Below are positions 1 through 9,716 of a stretch of DNA of 64,000 bases, piece after piece. A program made the translations under genes and the position numbers. The DNA is taken from contig JACREQ010000069.1 in the NCBI GenBank assembly GCA_016218155.1, positions 95,311 through 159,310 of the forward strand, given 5' to 3'. Source of the DNA: Bacteroidia bacterium. GTDB lineage: Bacteria; Bacteroidota; Bacteroidia; Bacteroidales; GWA2-32-17. The notes under the pieces were generated by a model that worked only from the letters and a program-made list of their open reading frames with translations, had not been told where the DNA came from and made no database searches. Position 1 is the stretch's first letter. Each line of letters starts with the position of its first letter.

Positions 1-1706
1 CATGGGAATGTATTAACTACATCACAAGCTGTGTTAAATGCAAATGGACCAACCCATGTACTTGTAGTACCACCGCAGTCAGCCTGAACATAATATTCAT
101 ATGATGTACCAACTGTTAAGCCACTTAATGTATAAGGATGTGCTGTAACAGCAACAATAGTTCCTGTTCCAATAGCAAAACCTGGTAAACCATACTGTAC
201 ATTCCATGCAGTTTCTGTTCCACCATTTGTCCAGTTTAAAGAAGCTGAAGTTGTTGTTGTTGTTCCAACGCTTAATGCAGTTGGGAACATACAAGCAGGA
301 GGTGTACAACTACTAGTAAATGTAAAGAATGAACCAGCTGTAGGAGATGCTGTAGCTACAAAGGTAATTAATGTAACTCCAAATGGATCTTTTAATGTAA
401 AACCACATTCTTCAGGATATAAACCATCTGTCCAGATTAATTCAATAGAAGCAGCATCACAGATATTTACAGTTTGATTTCCTGCTGTACCAGCAGCAAG
501 TGTAAATTGTCCCATTGATACTCCGTTTTGAATTACTTCAACAGATGCACCATTCCAACCATCACCATAACTATCAGCAAATTCCAAAACATATCCGCAT
601 TGATTAGCAATTGGACAAGCTAATGTTGAGAATGTAAATGGACCAGCCCATAAACTTTGTGAACCACCACAATCAGATTGTACATAAAAATCATAAGTAG
701 TATTAGCAGTTAATCCAGCTAAAGCATAAGGATTAGTTGTTGTTCCGTTTACTGCTGTACCTGCACCTTGAGTAAATCCTGTAACACCGTACTCAATATT
801 CCAGGTTGTTGCTGTACCAATTTCTGTCCAACCTAAAGAAGCTGAAATATCAGTAATATTAGTTACAGCAAGAGTAGTTGGGAATGGACAAGTAGCAGCT
901 ACTTCAGTACCATAAACTTCAAATGGTAAGCCAACGCCATTAGTACCATCCAATAAATTACCCCATGCACCAGCACCAATTTTTTGTTTTGCATTTCCGG
1001 TAATTGCCTGACCAGTAATAGTTATAGGGTTAGCCCATGGACCTGAAGTTAAACTACCAGCTGATGCCCACTGAATCCAGTAAGCTCCACCATTTAAAAC
1101 AATAGCAGGAACATTTACAACATTTCTCATAATAGGACGTGTAGCGCCAGTTAAAGTATTTGCTCTGTAGCATCCTGAGAATACAGTGCGTGATAATACA
1201 TTAGTTGTTGTATCACCCCAAACAATAGTACTTGTTGGCAAACTTGGATCACCATCCCAGATTGCAACATGAACTGCTGTAAAAGTTGAAGTTAATGTAC
1301 TATTAGTTTGATAAGAATAAAAAACTAATGAGTCTATTGTCCAGCTTGTTGCATTAATTAAAACATCTTCAGCAACGTGAGCAAAAGTTGCAATATTATG
1401 ACCAAAACCGTAATTTGTAAGCGGAGCAGCTAACATACTTACATCACCACCAGCAGGACCTGTACCAATATCAGTTCTGAATGGTCCGTTACTGTATAAT
1501 AAAGCTTTTGAATCACTTGTTGAAAAATCAGGTGATGTTACAGAATTATGTGAAGTTCTGATTACTGATGAAATAGAACTTGCTTTTCCGTCATGTGATA
1601 AGTTTTGCTTTTTTGCAACAGGAGTTTTAGTCCCTTGCCCAAAAGCAATAGAACCTGAAAAGGTTATTGCAACTGCAAATAAAAATAAATGTTTAAATTT
1701 TCTCAT
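1..1706 (-). CDS. Secreted FN3-repeat surface protein, N-terminal part only (ORF runs off the left edge)
   Basis: Absent from the supplied ORF track because it is edge-truncated. My minus-strand translation from the ATG at 1704-1706 gives MRKFKHLFLFAVAITFSGSIAFGQ, a signal peptide. The segments I translated (1-60, 543-599, 831-899) have no in-frame stops. Two FN3-like modules are present (TNITDISASLGWTE...WNIEYG...YDFYVQSDCGG and SASLNWTNGG...WNVQYG...YEYYVQADCGG). They flank a CGYVLEFADSYGDGWNGAS module. Confidence 0.7.
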   Translation of the reverse strand, partial: MRKFKHLFLFAVAITFSGSIAFGQGTKTPVAKKQNLSHDGKASSISSVIRTSHNSVTSPDFSTSDSKALLYSNGPFRTDIGTGPAGGDVSMLAAPLTNYGFGHNIATFAHVAEDVLINATSWTIDSLVFYSYQTNSTLTSTFTAVHVAIWDGDPSLPTSTIVWGDTTTNVLSRTVFSGCYRANTLTGATRPIMRNVVNVPAIVLNGGAYWIQWASAGSLTSGPWANPITITGQAITGNAKQKIGAGAWGNLLDGTNGVGLPFEVYGTEVAATCPFPTTLAVTNITDISASLGWTEIGTATTWNIEYGVTGFTQGAGTAVNGTTTNPYALAGLTANTTYDFYVQSDCGGSQSLWAGPFTFSTLACPIANQCGYVLEFADSYGDGWNGASVEVIQNGVSMGQFTLAAGTAGNQTVNICDAASIELIWTDGLYPEECGFTLKDPFGVTLITFVATASPTAGSFFTFTSSCTPPACMFPTALSVGTTTTTSASLNWTNGGTETAWNVQYGLPGFAIGTGTIVAVTAHPYTLSGLTVGTSYEYYVQADCGGTTSTWVGPFAFNTACDVVNTFP

Positions 1707-1780
1707 AATTGATTTGATTTGATTAATAATGCAAAATTAAAGCTAAAAAAGATATTTACCATGATTAAAATTCTAAAACA

Positions 1781-3475
1781 CTATGATTTTGCGATTTTTT
1801 TATTCACAATATTTAGTATTTCTGATTCAAGATTAATAGCATTGTTTTCTATTTCAGTGCCTTCAGAGATTAACTTATTAACAAAAGCTTTATCATCCAA
1901 CCCAGCACAGTTAATTTTAACATTAAGAAATGCACCAATAACTCCACTTCTTGCAGCTATTGCACCAACTCCGGCATCACTTACTGAATTTGGATTTCCG
2001 ATTTCAGCCATTTGTTTAATCATTTCCATAGATTCATAACAGGCTTTCATTACTTTAAATGGAATTTCAATTGCATATTTAGTAGCTTCTTGAATTGCAT
2101 TTTTTCGGTTCTGTTTTTCAGTGTCAGTACTTTTTGGTAATCCGAATGCATCCATAATTTTATTGAATGCTAATGTATCTTCATCTATTAAATGTAACAA
2201 TATGTCATGGTAATATTTACCCTTTTCTGCCAATTTACTAAATTCTTCCCAACGATCATCCCATCCAGGTTTATGAGCTGAAAGATTAGCAACCATAGTT
2301 CCTAAGGCCGCACCCATAGCACCCATTGCAGCAGAAATAGATCCGCCACCGGGAGCAGGAGATTCAGATGCAGTTTCTATAACAAAATCCTTAACAGTAA
2401 AATCAACCAATTTTTTTGATGATTTATCTGCAATCAGATATTCAATAATTTTTTTCTTTGGATCGAAAGGAGCAAGCTCATCTAAACCAAGCGATTTAAC
2501 TGCTATTTTAATAATCTCTGCATCAGAAATTCCACATGAACGTTGTTGTTTAGCAAGAAAATATTTTCCTGCATCAATAAATGATTGGAGAGGAGCAACA
2601 CCTATAAGTTCAGATCCTGTAACACGAAGTCCTCTTTCCTGTGCTTTTTTGCATGCTTCATCAAAAGCAATGTGCATAGGTGTAACAGAAATGTCTGTAA
2701 GGTTAATAGAAATCTGTGCTATACCATATTCTTCAATATACCAACCAATTGCTTTTGCTGACTTTAATGTTCCGGGTGCCCATATTTCTTTACCATTTTC
2801 ATCAATTTTTACTTTACCAGTAACTTGATTACCTTCACGAACAGGTCTTCCTTTTTCGCGAATATCAAAAGCAACTGCGTTAGCTCTGCGCGTTGATGTT
2901 GTATTTAAATTTACATTATATGCTATTAAAAAATTTCTTGCAGAAACTGCTGTTGCTCCTGTTTTAGGCACAAAAGTAGCTGGACCAAAATCCGGTTTCC
3001 ATTCAGGCTTTGCCAATTTCTGTGACAATCCTTCATATTCTCCAGAACGTACATTTGCAAGATTTTTTCTTTCAGGTTTTTGAGCAGCAAATTCGTAACA
3101 ATATACAGGGTATTGTAGTTCTTCTCCAATTCTTTTCGCTAATTTTCTTGCATATTCAGTAGTTTCATCCATTGAAACATTTGCAACAGGAATTAACGGA
3201 CAAACATCCATTGCTCCAAACCTTGGATGTGCACCGGAGTGTTTTGCCATATCAATTACTTCTGTTGCTTTTTTTGCAGCCTGAAAAGCGGCTTCACAAA
3301 CTGCTTCGGGTGTGCCAACAAATGTAACAACTGTACGATTTGTTGCTTTCCCGGGATCTACATCAATAAGCTTAACACCATCCACAGATTCAATAACATC
3401 TGTAATTTGTTTAATAATCTCCATATTCCGACCTTCACTGAAATTCGGAACACATTCAATGATTCTGTTATCCAT
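1781..3475 (-). CDS. ftcD: Bifunctional glutamate formimidoyltransferase / formimidoyl-THF cyclodeaminase (FTCD-like fusion)
   Basis: 564-aa ORF. The N-terminus MDNRIIECVPNFSEGRN...TNRTVVTFVG is the formiminotransferase signature. The C-terminal 200 aa (FVIETASESPAPGGGSISAAMGAMGAALGTMVANLS) is the cyclodeaminase helical domain. Confidence 0.9.
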   Translation of the reverse strand: MDNRIIECVPNFSEGRNMEIIKQITDVIESVDGVKLIDVDPGKATNRTVVTFVGTPEAVCEAAFQAAKKATEVIDMAKHSGAHPRFGAMDVCPLIPVANVSMDETTEYARKLAKRIGEELQYPVYCYEFAAQKPERKNLANVRSGEYEGLSQKLAKPEWKPDFGPATFVPKTGATAVSARNFLIAYNVNLNTTSTRRANAVAFDIREKGRPVREGNQVTGKVKIDENGKEIWAPGTLKSAKAIGWYIEEYGIAQISINLTDISVTPMHIAFDEACKKAQERGLRVTGSELIGVAPLQSFIDAGKYFLAKQQRSCGISDAEIIKIAVKSLGLDELAPFDPKKKIIEYLIADKSSKKLVDFTVKDFVIETASESPAPGGGSISAAMGAMGAALGTMVANLSAHKPGWDDRWEEFSKLAEKGKYYHDILLHLIDEDTLAFNKIMDAFGLPKSTDTEKQNRKNAIQEATKYAIEIPFKVMKACYESMEMIKQMAEIGNPNSVSDAGVGAIAARSGVIGAFLNVKINCAGLDDKAFVNKLISEGTEIENNAINLESEILNIVNKKIAKS

Positions 3476-3496
3476 AAAAATATTAAAATGATTTAA

Positions 3497-4072
3497 TTAA
3501 AAAGAAAAACCTATTCCAAAATTAGCATTTAAAAAACTACCTGGACCAGTAAAATACCATAAAACATCATCGAGAGTGGTATATTCAAACCCATCTATAT
3601 ATATTGTTTGAGCTGCAGTAAATTTTGAATATTGAAAACCCAGAAATAAATCTATAGGCATTTCACCTCCACCTACAAGAAATTGGTAACCAATACCTAA
3701 ACCTGCACCATAAGTAGGAAAGCTCCTCTGAGATGAAATAGTTAAAGTATCAGTAACGCTTTCATAAGTATAATCCATTTTTGAATTAAAATAACCAATA
3801 ACAGCTTTGCCTTGTATATAAAAACCTTTGGGTGCGCTGCCAGTCGGATATAATCTTACAATAGGATCTAATCTAAAACCTTTGAAATGCATATAATATG
3901 CATTAATATAGGCCCCTGCACTAATGTTTTCATTTAAATTTCTTTCGTATTTAATTCGTAATTTATCAACAAAACCCATAGGTGCAAATGTTACAACATT
4001 CTTCTGTGCAAAAGTTGTAATACAAAATACGGATAATGCTAAGAATAAAATAGTTCGTTTAAAATTTTTCAT
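3497..4072 (-). CDS. Small outer-membrane beta-barrel protein (DUF3575-like)
   Basis: 191 aa with signal peptide MKNFKRTILFLALSVFCITTFAQ. It shows an alternating aromatic/glycine beta-strand pattern and ends in the aromatic tail GIGFSF. Confidence 0.55.
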   Translation of the reverse strand: MKNFKRTILFLALSVFCITTFAQKNVVTFAPMGFVDKLRIKYERNLNENISAGAYINAYYMHFKGFRLDPIVRLYPTGSAPKGFYIQGKAVIGYFNSKMDYTYESVTDTLTISSQRSFPTYGAGLGIGYQFLVGGGEMPIDLFLGFQYSKFTAAQTIYIDGFEYTTLDDVLWYFTGPGSFLNANFGIGFSF

Positions 4073-4112
4073 TCAGTTTATGTTTAATAGGTCAACAAAG
4101 ATAAATATTATT

Positions 4113-7076
4113 TTAGTGTAAAACAGTGAATTTATAATGTTCTACAATTGATTCGTTATTAAATTGTAAAAAATAAATCCCATTAGATAAGGTACTTACA
4201 TCTATTGAAAAAGAATTTTTATCAATACTATTTATTGGAACTATGATTTCTTCACCATTAATATTAATAATATGAATATTATTTTTAAAATCAAGATATG
4301 TTTTAGTGTTAATTGTTAATTTTAAGCTTGCAGGATTTGGAAAAATTGAAACCAGGTTTGAATTATTCTCGTTTATTGAATTTGGCTCTAAAATAAGTAT
4401 ACCATCCGAAGAGGATACTGAAGAGGTAAGACCTGCACCATTAACTGCTTTTGTATTTAAATAATAAATGGTATTGTAATTCAGAGCTAGTGAATTTACT
4501 GTAACAGAAGTGTTCAATAAATTACTGATCCATAATCCAGAAATACTTGAATCCAGAGGTGATATTCCAATTGAATATTTATACAAACCAATACCTGAAT
4601 TTGAATCTGTACTTACCAACCAGTTTCCGGTTAATTGTGTATTTGTAAAAGAAGTATCAATATCTGAACTAATGCCGTCATTAACCAGACTAATGTCAGT
4701 AGGGGGTGTCCAGTCAACATTTAAGTTAGTTTTTGCAATTAAGGATAGATTGTGATTACCATCAACTATTATTGATTTTATTTGAGCTGAAGGTGTAGAA
4801 GGATTTGAATTCTGAAAACGTATATCTTTAGTAATATCACCAATAGTAATATTAGCAGTAGCCAACCTAGAGCGATAAACATTAAAATCACTTATAGTTA
4901 ATTTACTGTTGCCTGAACGAAAACTGATATAATTTCCATTTGTTGAATAAGGTGCAGGATCAGTCCAGCTTCCAATAAAAATATCATCGCGCCATACTGA
5001 GATTATTCCTAATACTCTATCATAAGTAATTTTAAAATCATAGTATTGACCAGGATTTGTAATCACATTTGTTACAATACTTGATGCACTTGTAAAACTA
5101 TTTCCAACAACTTTGTAAAACTCCATTGTTTGTCCTTCAACTCTGAACCAAACAAAATATGAATTACCTCTATTTGTTTGACTTGCAGAATCGCAGAAGA
5201 GATGAAATCCAAATCTGCGATTACCACCTGTTCCTTCAACTTTTGCTTTAAAATGATATAAATATCTGTTAGATAAATTCTGATTTAATGCAGCATAAAA
5301 ATTAGTATTAGTTTCTGATTCATTTGTTTGAATCAATTCTCCAGAAGAAATATTCCAGGTTCCCAAGCCACTTGTCCAAACAGGTTGCTGAATATTAAAT
5401 GAATCTGTAAAAAATCCATTATTTGTATTAGCTCCCCAATTTGCACCATCAAAATCTGAAACATTATAAAATGACTTTTCAACTCCAGTTCCGTTATCTG
5501 TATCTGTAAAATTTGCAATAAGGTTTTGAGTAATCCATGGAGTAGGTGAGGTAATTAAAGTAACAGGTGAAATGTTGTCGGTAATACATTGCCATATTGC
5601 ACTATATCCTGAACTTGTTGTTAAGTTATCTGAATGAAATTTTAAAGTAATTGATGGATTATTTGAGGTAATAGTTGCAGGAATAGTTGTTCCTGTATAA
5701 CCCCCAATTAATGGAGAATTTATGGTTGGGCCATTATACAAGTATAAAGAATCATATCCGGCTTCTAAATTGAATGATTGAAAATTTAGCATTACTGATG
5801 CTGCATTTGAAGGAGAAATTGTAAAAGAATAGTTTTCCTTATCATAATAATTACGTAAAGGACCACCCATATCATAAATAGTATCAGTGCAGTTATCAAC
5901 CCGGCAAGTAGTAAATTTATTTTTAATTTTATCCCATAATTCAGGGTAACCATCATCGTAACCCAAAGCCCATATTCCAATACCTCCAATTCCTCGCTGA
6001 TTTACCATATCATATCGTTTTCCTAAACTATACGAATCATCTATCCAGCATTGATACCATTGACTACCAGTTTGGTAAGTATAATAAGGAGTGAAAGAAG
6101 TCTGGTCCCAAAGTTTTGTTGTGTAATTTCCGCTTGTATTATTTCTAACAGTATTGTAAAATGGAGAAGTTCCAGAGGCTGTAGTAGCTGATCCTATTAA
6201 ATTACTAGCAGTTGCCCACTGTTTTCCATAATAAGGTAATCCAAGTATTAATTTTGATTTTGTAACACCTTGACTAAGATAATAAGTTATAGACTTTGTT
6301 AAAGTATAATTGTAGGATGTAATAAAATTGTATAAAGGATCATTTGGACCTGCAGTAGAACTTCCACCATAATAATAATCATAACCCATTATTATGAACA
6401 AATCAACGTAATTATTTAATACAGGTATGTCAAAAACGCCACTCCAATCAACCGAAAAAAGTGCAATACTAACCTGAGAACCTGGAATAGCCGTATGCAT
6501 CTGATTACAAAGATCTATCATAAATGCAGTAAGTTGATTTTTTTGAGAAGAAGGCACGCCTTCGAAATCGATATTAACCCCATTCGCACCTCTGCTTTGT
6601 ACTAAATTTATTAGGTTAGTAATTAAAGTCTGCTGACTTGAACTACTTGCAAAAAAAGTAGCATGACTACTAAATAGTGTTACGCATAAATTTACTCTAA
6701 CTCCGTTTGCCAAAGCTTGAGTTACAACATTTGCAGATGCCCAACTGTGCGTTGTACTCGCATTTCCAGTTGCAGGATCAACTTCATAAGAAAAATATGA
6801 AAGATCAGAAATTAATGTCCAATCGTAATTTGCTTCAAGGCCATTACTCCAATATGGGTGCCAGCCAAATACGATTTTATTTAAATTACAAGCTTTTGAA
6901 CGCAGTCGTCCATTTGATTTAAATACTCCACGAACTAATGACCAATCATAATCATCGCCAAATTGCTTGTAATATTCACTTTCTTCCTGATGAATAGATT
7001 TAAAATCAGAATTTTGAGAGAATGCAGGGATGACAAATACAAATAATAAGATAGTTAAATAGAAGTTTGTTTTCAT
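4113..7076 (-). CDS. GH18 chitinase-like glycoside hydrolase with CUB-like and jelly-roll domains; T9SS type-A cargo
   Basis: 987 aa with a signal peptide. The GH18 core motif reads GANGVNIDFEG, retaining D-x-E. A CUB-like block follows (FQSFNLEAGYDSLYLYNGPTINSPLIGGYTG...ITLKFHSDNLTTSSGYSAIWQC). The C-terminal tail SIFPNPASLKLTI...GIYFLQF is a T9SS sorting domain. Confidence 0.85.
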   Translation of the reverse strand: MKTNFYLTILLFVFVIPAFSQNSDFKSIHQEESEYYKQFGDDYDWSLVRGVFKSNGRLRSKACNLNKIVFGWHPYWSNGLEANYDWTLISDLSYFSYEVDPATGNASTTHSWASANVVTQALANGVRVNLCVTLFSSHATFFASSSSQQTLITNLINLVQSRGANGVNIDFEGVPSSQKNQLTAFMIDLCNQMHTAIPGSQVSIALFSVDWSGVFDIPVLNNYVDLFIIMGYDYYYGGSSTAGPNDPLYNFITSYNYTLTKSITYYLSQGVTKSKLILGLPYYGKQWATASNLIGSATTASGTSPFYNTVRNNTSGNYTTKLWDQTSFTPYYTYQTGSQWYQCWIDDSYSLGKRYDMVNQRGIGGIGIWALGYDDGYPELWDKIKNKFTTCRVDNCTDTIYDMGGPLRNYYDKENYSFTISPSNAASVMLNFQSFNLEAGYDSLYLYNGPTINSPLIGGYTGTTIPATITSNNPSITLKFHSDNLTTSSGYSAIWQCITDNISPVTLITSPTPWITQNLIANFTDTDNGTGVEKSFYNVSDFDGANWGANTNNGFFTDSFNIQQPVWTSGLGTWNISSGELIQTNESETNTNFYAALNQNLSNRYLYHFKAKVEGTGGNRRFGFHLFCDSASQTNRGNSYFVWFRVEGQTMEFYKVVGNSFTSASSIVTNVITNPGQYYDFKITYDRVLGIISVWRDDIFIGSWTDPAPYSTNGNYISFRSGNSKLTISDFNVYRSRLATANITIGDITKDIRFQNSNPSTPSAQIKSIIVDGNHNLSLIAKTNLNVDWTPPTDISLVNDGISSDIDTSFTNTQLTGNWLVSTDSNSGIGLYKYSIGISPLDSSISGLWISNLLNTSVTVNSLALNYNTIYYLNTKAVNGAGLTSSVSSSDGILILEPNSINENNSNLVSIFPNPASLKLTINTKTYLDFKNNIHIININGEEIIVPINSIDKNSFSIDVSTLSNGIYFLQFNNESIVEHYKFTVLH

Positions 7077-7107
7077 TATAATGTTGTTAGGAACATCAAA
7101 ATTACCT

Positions 7108-7115
7108 TATTTTTG
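7108..7115 (+). promoter_or_regulatory. Candidate Bacteroidota -7 promoter box (TATTTTTG)
   Basis: Matches TAnnTTTG and lies 46 nt upstream of the ATG at 7162. The motif carries little information in AT-rich DNA. Confidence 0.3.
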
Positions 7116-7161
7116 TATAGTCTGCAAAAAGATTTATTAGTATTATAAAACATTAATTATC

Positions 7162-7428
7162 ATGCAAGTTAAAATTGAAAAACTTACAGAATCTCAAATC
7201 GAAGAAAAAAAGATTCGTAAATGGTCAATCTGGGAAAAAGAAATATCTGATTTTGAATGGTACTACGATAGCATGGAACAATGCCTTTTTCTTGAAGGAG
7301 AAGTAACAGTAAAAACTTATGAAGGAGATTATCATATTAAAAAAGGTGATTTTGTAACATTTAACAAAGGATTAGCTTGTACATGGCAGGTAAAAAAAGC
7401 AGTAAAGAAACATTATAAGTTTTATTGA
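7162..7428 (+). CDS. Small cupin-fold protein (DUF861/cupin_3-like)
   Basis: 88 aa. KWSIWEKE...FEWYYDSMEQCLFLEGEVTV...GDFVTFNKGLACTWQV is typical of single-domain cupins. Confidence 0.65.
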   Translation: MQVKIEKLTESQIEEKKIRKWSIWEKEISDFEWYYDSMEQCLFLEGEVTVKTYEGDYHIKKGDFVTFNKGLACTWQVKKAVKKHYKFY

Positions 7429-7518
7429 AAATCAGGCGCATTACAATATTCATTTTTAATTTCAATAAAATCTTATAATTTTAAAATTTATTAAACATTA
7501 CTTTTTTTCTTAAATATA

Positions 7519-9609
7519 ATGGTCAGAAAACTTCTATTTATATTTTTCATTCTTAGTTCATATATTTTAAAATCACAAACCTTTTCAATAAATCCTAATT
7601 CAATAATTAACGACAATTCAACTACAGATTTCCCAATTCTGGTTTCGGGTTTATCGCCTGCAAATATTGACACATTTAATTTTGGTTTAGAAACTGTTTG
7701 TATTAACCTTACTCACACCTGGGATGCAGATCTTAATATATACATTATTTCTCCCGACGGTACAACAGTAATGCTTGTAAGCGGACAGGGTGGATCAGAT
7801 GATAATTATACAAATACATGTTTTAATGTTTATTCTACTCAAACAATACCTGCAGGTTCTGCTCCGTTTACCGGAACTTTTAAACCAATGGGGCAAATGG
7901 GAAGAGTTAACAACGGACAGAATGGAAATGGCACATGGATTTTAAGAGTAGTTGATACATATGCTCAAGATGACGGAACTGTTCTTTCATTCAGTTTAAC
8001 ATTTGGAAATAATCCTGCAAACTACTTTTCAATTCACGAATCAGATTTGCCAATTTTTGTAATAAACTCAAATGGTCAGCAAATTCCAAATGATCCTAAA
8101 ATCATGGCCGATTTAGGTGTTGTATGGAACGGAGATGGAATCCGAAATCATTTAACCGATACATTTAATAATTATAATGGAAAAATAGGAATTGAGCTAA
8201 GAGGAGCCAGTTCATTAAGTTTTCCTAAAAAACAATATTCTGTTGAATTATGGGACATAAACAGCAATAGTATTGACAGTAGTTTATGTGGATTACCTGC
8301 TGAAAACGATTGGGTTTTAAGTGCACAATATCCAGATAAATCTCTAATGCGTGGAATGTTATCATTTCATTTAATCAGAGAAATGGGATGGTATGCACCA
8401 AGATGCAAACCTGTTGAACTTATTATTAACGGAGAATACCTTGGTGTTTATGTTTTGATGGAGAAAGTTAAACGCGACAATAACCGCATTAATATTTCTA
8501 AGCTTCAAACTACTGATATTTCCGGCGATCAGCTTACAGGTGGTTACATTTTACAATTAGATAAAAATTCGGGAAACGCAGATCCGGGCTGGAACTCGCC
8601 ATATTTACCATGGCCTTCTGGCGATTCAATTTTTATTAATTATATTTATCCTGATGGTGCCACCATTGTTCCACAACAATCTGCATATATAAAGGCTTAT
8701 GTTGATAGTTTTGAAACTTCCTTGATTGGTCCAAACTTTATGGATCAAAACATTGGATTTAGAAAATATGCCAATATAAATTCATGTGTTGATGCTTTTA
8801 TTATTCAGGAATTATCAAAAAGCATTGATGCATACCGGAAAAGCTTTTACTTGTATAAAGATAAGGATAGCAAGGGTGGTAAGCTGGTAATGGCTCCAAT
8901 ATGGGACTATGACTTAACATATGGCAATGCTGGATTTTGCGAAGGTGAAAACTTCGCAGGATGGCAGTATAATTTCAATTATGTTTGTGGTGGCGATTAC
9001 TGGTTAAATCCTTTCTGGTACGAAAGAATGGTACAGGATTCATTATTTAACAATCAGGTACGTTGCAGATGGGAAGAACTAAGAGAAACAATTCTTAGTC
9101 AGAATTATCTTAATAATTGGATTGATTCAACTGCAAATTACATGAATGAAAGTCAGGGATGGAATTTTACCATATGGCCAATTTTAGGCTCTTACGTATG
9201 GCCTAATTACTATATTGGTCAAAATTTACAAGAAGAAATAGACACTTTAAAATGGTGGTTGTTTGAAAGAATAAACTGGCTTGATAACAATTTGCCGGGA
9301 AATTCAAACAATTGCAATCCAACTGGAATCAACAATAGTTATATTACCGTTAATAATACTAAAATATATCCAAACCCATTTATCAACGAAATTAATTTCT
9401 CGCTTTACCTTTTAAAACCTGATAAAATAACCATAACAATTTTCAATACATTAGGACAAAAGGTAATGTTACCAATAGAAATTCAGGGAACAACAAAAAC
9501 TAATAATATTAATATTAAACTACCACAAATACTTCCTTCGGGATTATATGTTATGCAGATAAATACAGCAAACAAAACCTGGACTCAAAATATTTCTAAA
9601 ATAGAGTAA
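7519..9609 (+). CDS. Secreted CotH kinase-like protein with an N-terminal proprotein-convertase P-domain; T9SS type-A cargo
   Basis: 696 aa with a signal peptide. P-domain: CINLTHTWDADLNIYIISPDGTTVMLVSGQGGSDDNY...GTWILRVVDTYAQDDGTVLSFSLTFG. CotH motifs: IELRGASSLSFPKKQYSVELWD, LIINGEYLGVYVLMEKV and APIWDYDLTYGN. C-terminal tail: IYPNPFINEINFSL...GLYVMQI. Confidence 0.85.
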   Translation: MVRKLLFIFFILSSYILKSQTFSINPNSIINDNSTTDFPILVSGLSPANIDTFNFGLETVCINLTHTWDADLNIYIISPDGTTVMLVSGQGGSDDNYTNTCFNVYSTQTIPAGSAPFTGTFKPMGQMGRVNNGQNGNGTWILRVVDTYAQDDGTVLSFSLTFGNNPANYFSIHESDLPIFVINSNGQQIPNDPKIMADLGVVWNGDGIRNHLTDTFNNYNGKIGIELRGASSLSFPKKQYSVELWDINSNSIDSSLCGLPAENDWVLSAQYPDKSLMRGMLSFHLIREMGWYAPRCKPVELIINGEYLGVYVLMEKVKRDNNRINISKLQTTDISGDQLTGGYILQLDKNSGNADPGWNSPYLPWPSGDSIFINYIYPDGATIVPQQSAYIKAYVDSFETSLIGPNFMDQNIGFRKYANINSCVDAFIIQELSKSIDAYRKSFYLYKDKDSKGGKLVMAPIWDYDLTYGNAGFCEGENFAGWQYNFNYVCGGDYWLNPFWYERMVQDSLFNNQVRCRWEELRETILSQNYLNNWIDSTANYMNESQGWNFTIWPILGSYVWPNYYIGQNLQEEIDTLKWWLFERINWLDNNLPGNSNNCNPTGINNSYITVNNTKIYPNPFINEINFSLYLLKPDKITITIFNTLGQKVMLPIEIQGTTKTNNINIKLPQILPSGLYVMQINTANKTWTQNISKIE

Positions 9610-9695
9610 TTACATCTTGGATCTCGAAATTAACATTTGGGAAACTCATACCTTTTGTTAGGAAACTGGATATTGTAATATTTTTTTTCTCAATT

Positions 9696-9703
9696 TAGCT
9701 TTG
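9696..9703 (+). promoter_or_regulatory. Candidate -7 promoter box (TAGCTTTG)
   Basis: Matches TAnnTTTG and lies 13 nt upstream of the ATG at 9717. Confidence 0.35.
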
Positions 9704-9716
9704 AGAAAAAACAATT

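Noticed and set aside
1719-3496. Track ORFs antisense to or nested in the FTCD gene (1719..2039 +, 2926..3129 -, 3227..3496 +)
   Set aside because: They overlap a confidently identified 564-aa gene. They are low-complexity or Cys/Phe-rich translations typical of the wrong frame in AT-rich DNA. The same reasoning applies to the other short nested ORFs, for example 97..309, 4510..4755, 5333..5518, 12570..12773, 37598..37813, 44148..44390, 54671..54910, 57370..57573 and 63138..63335.
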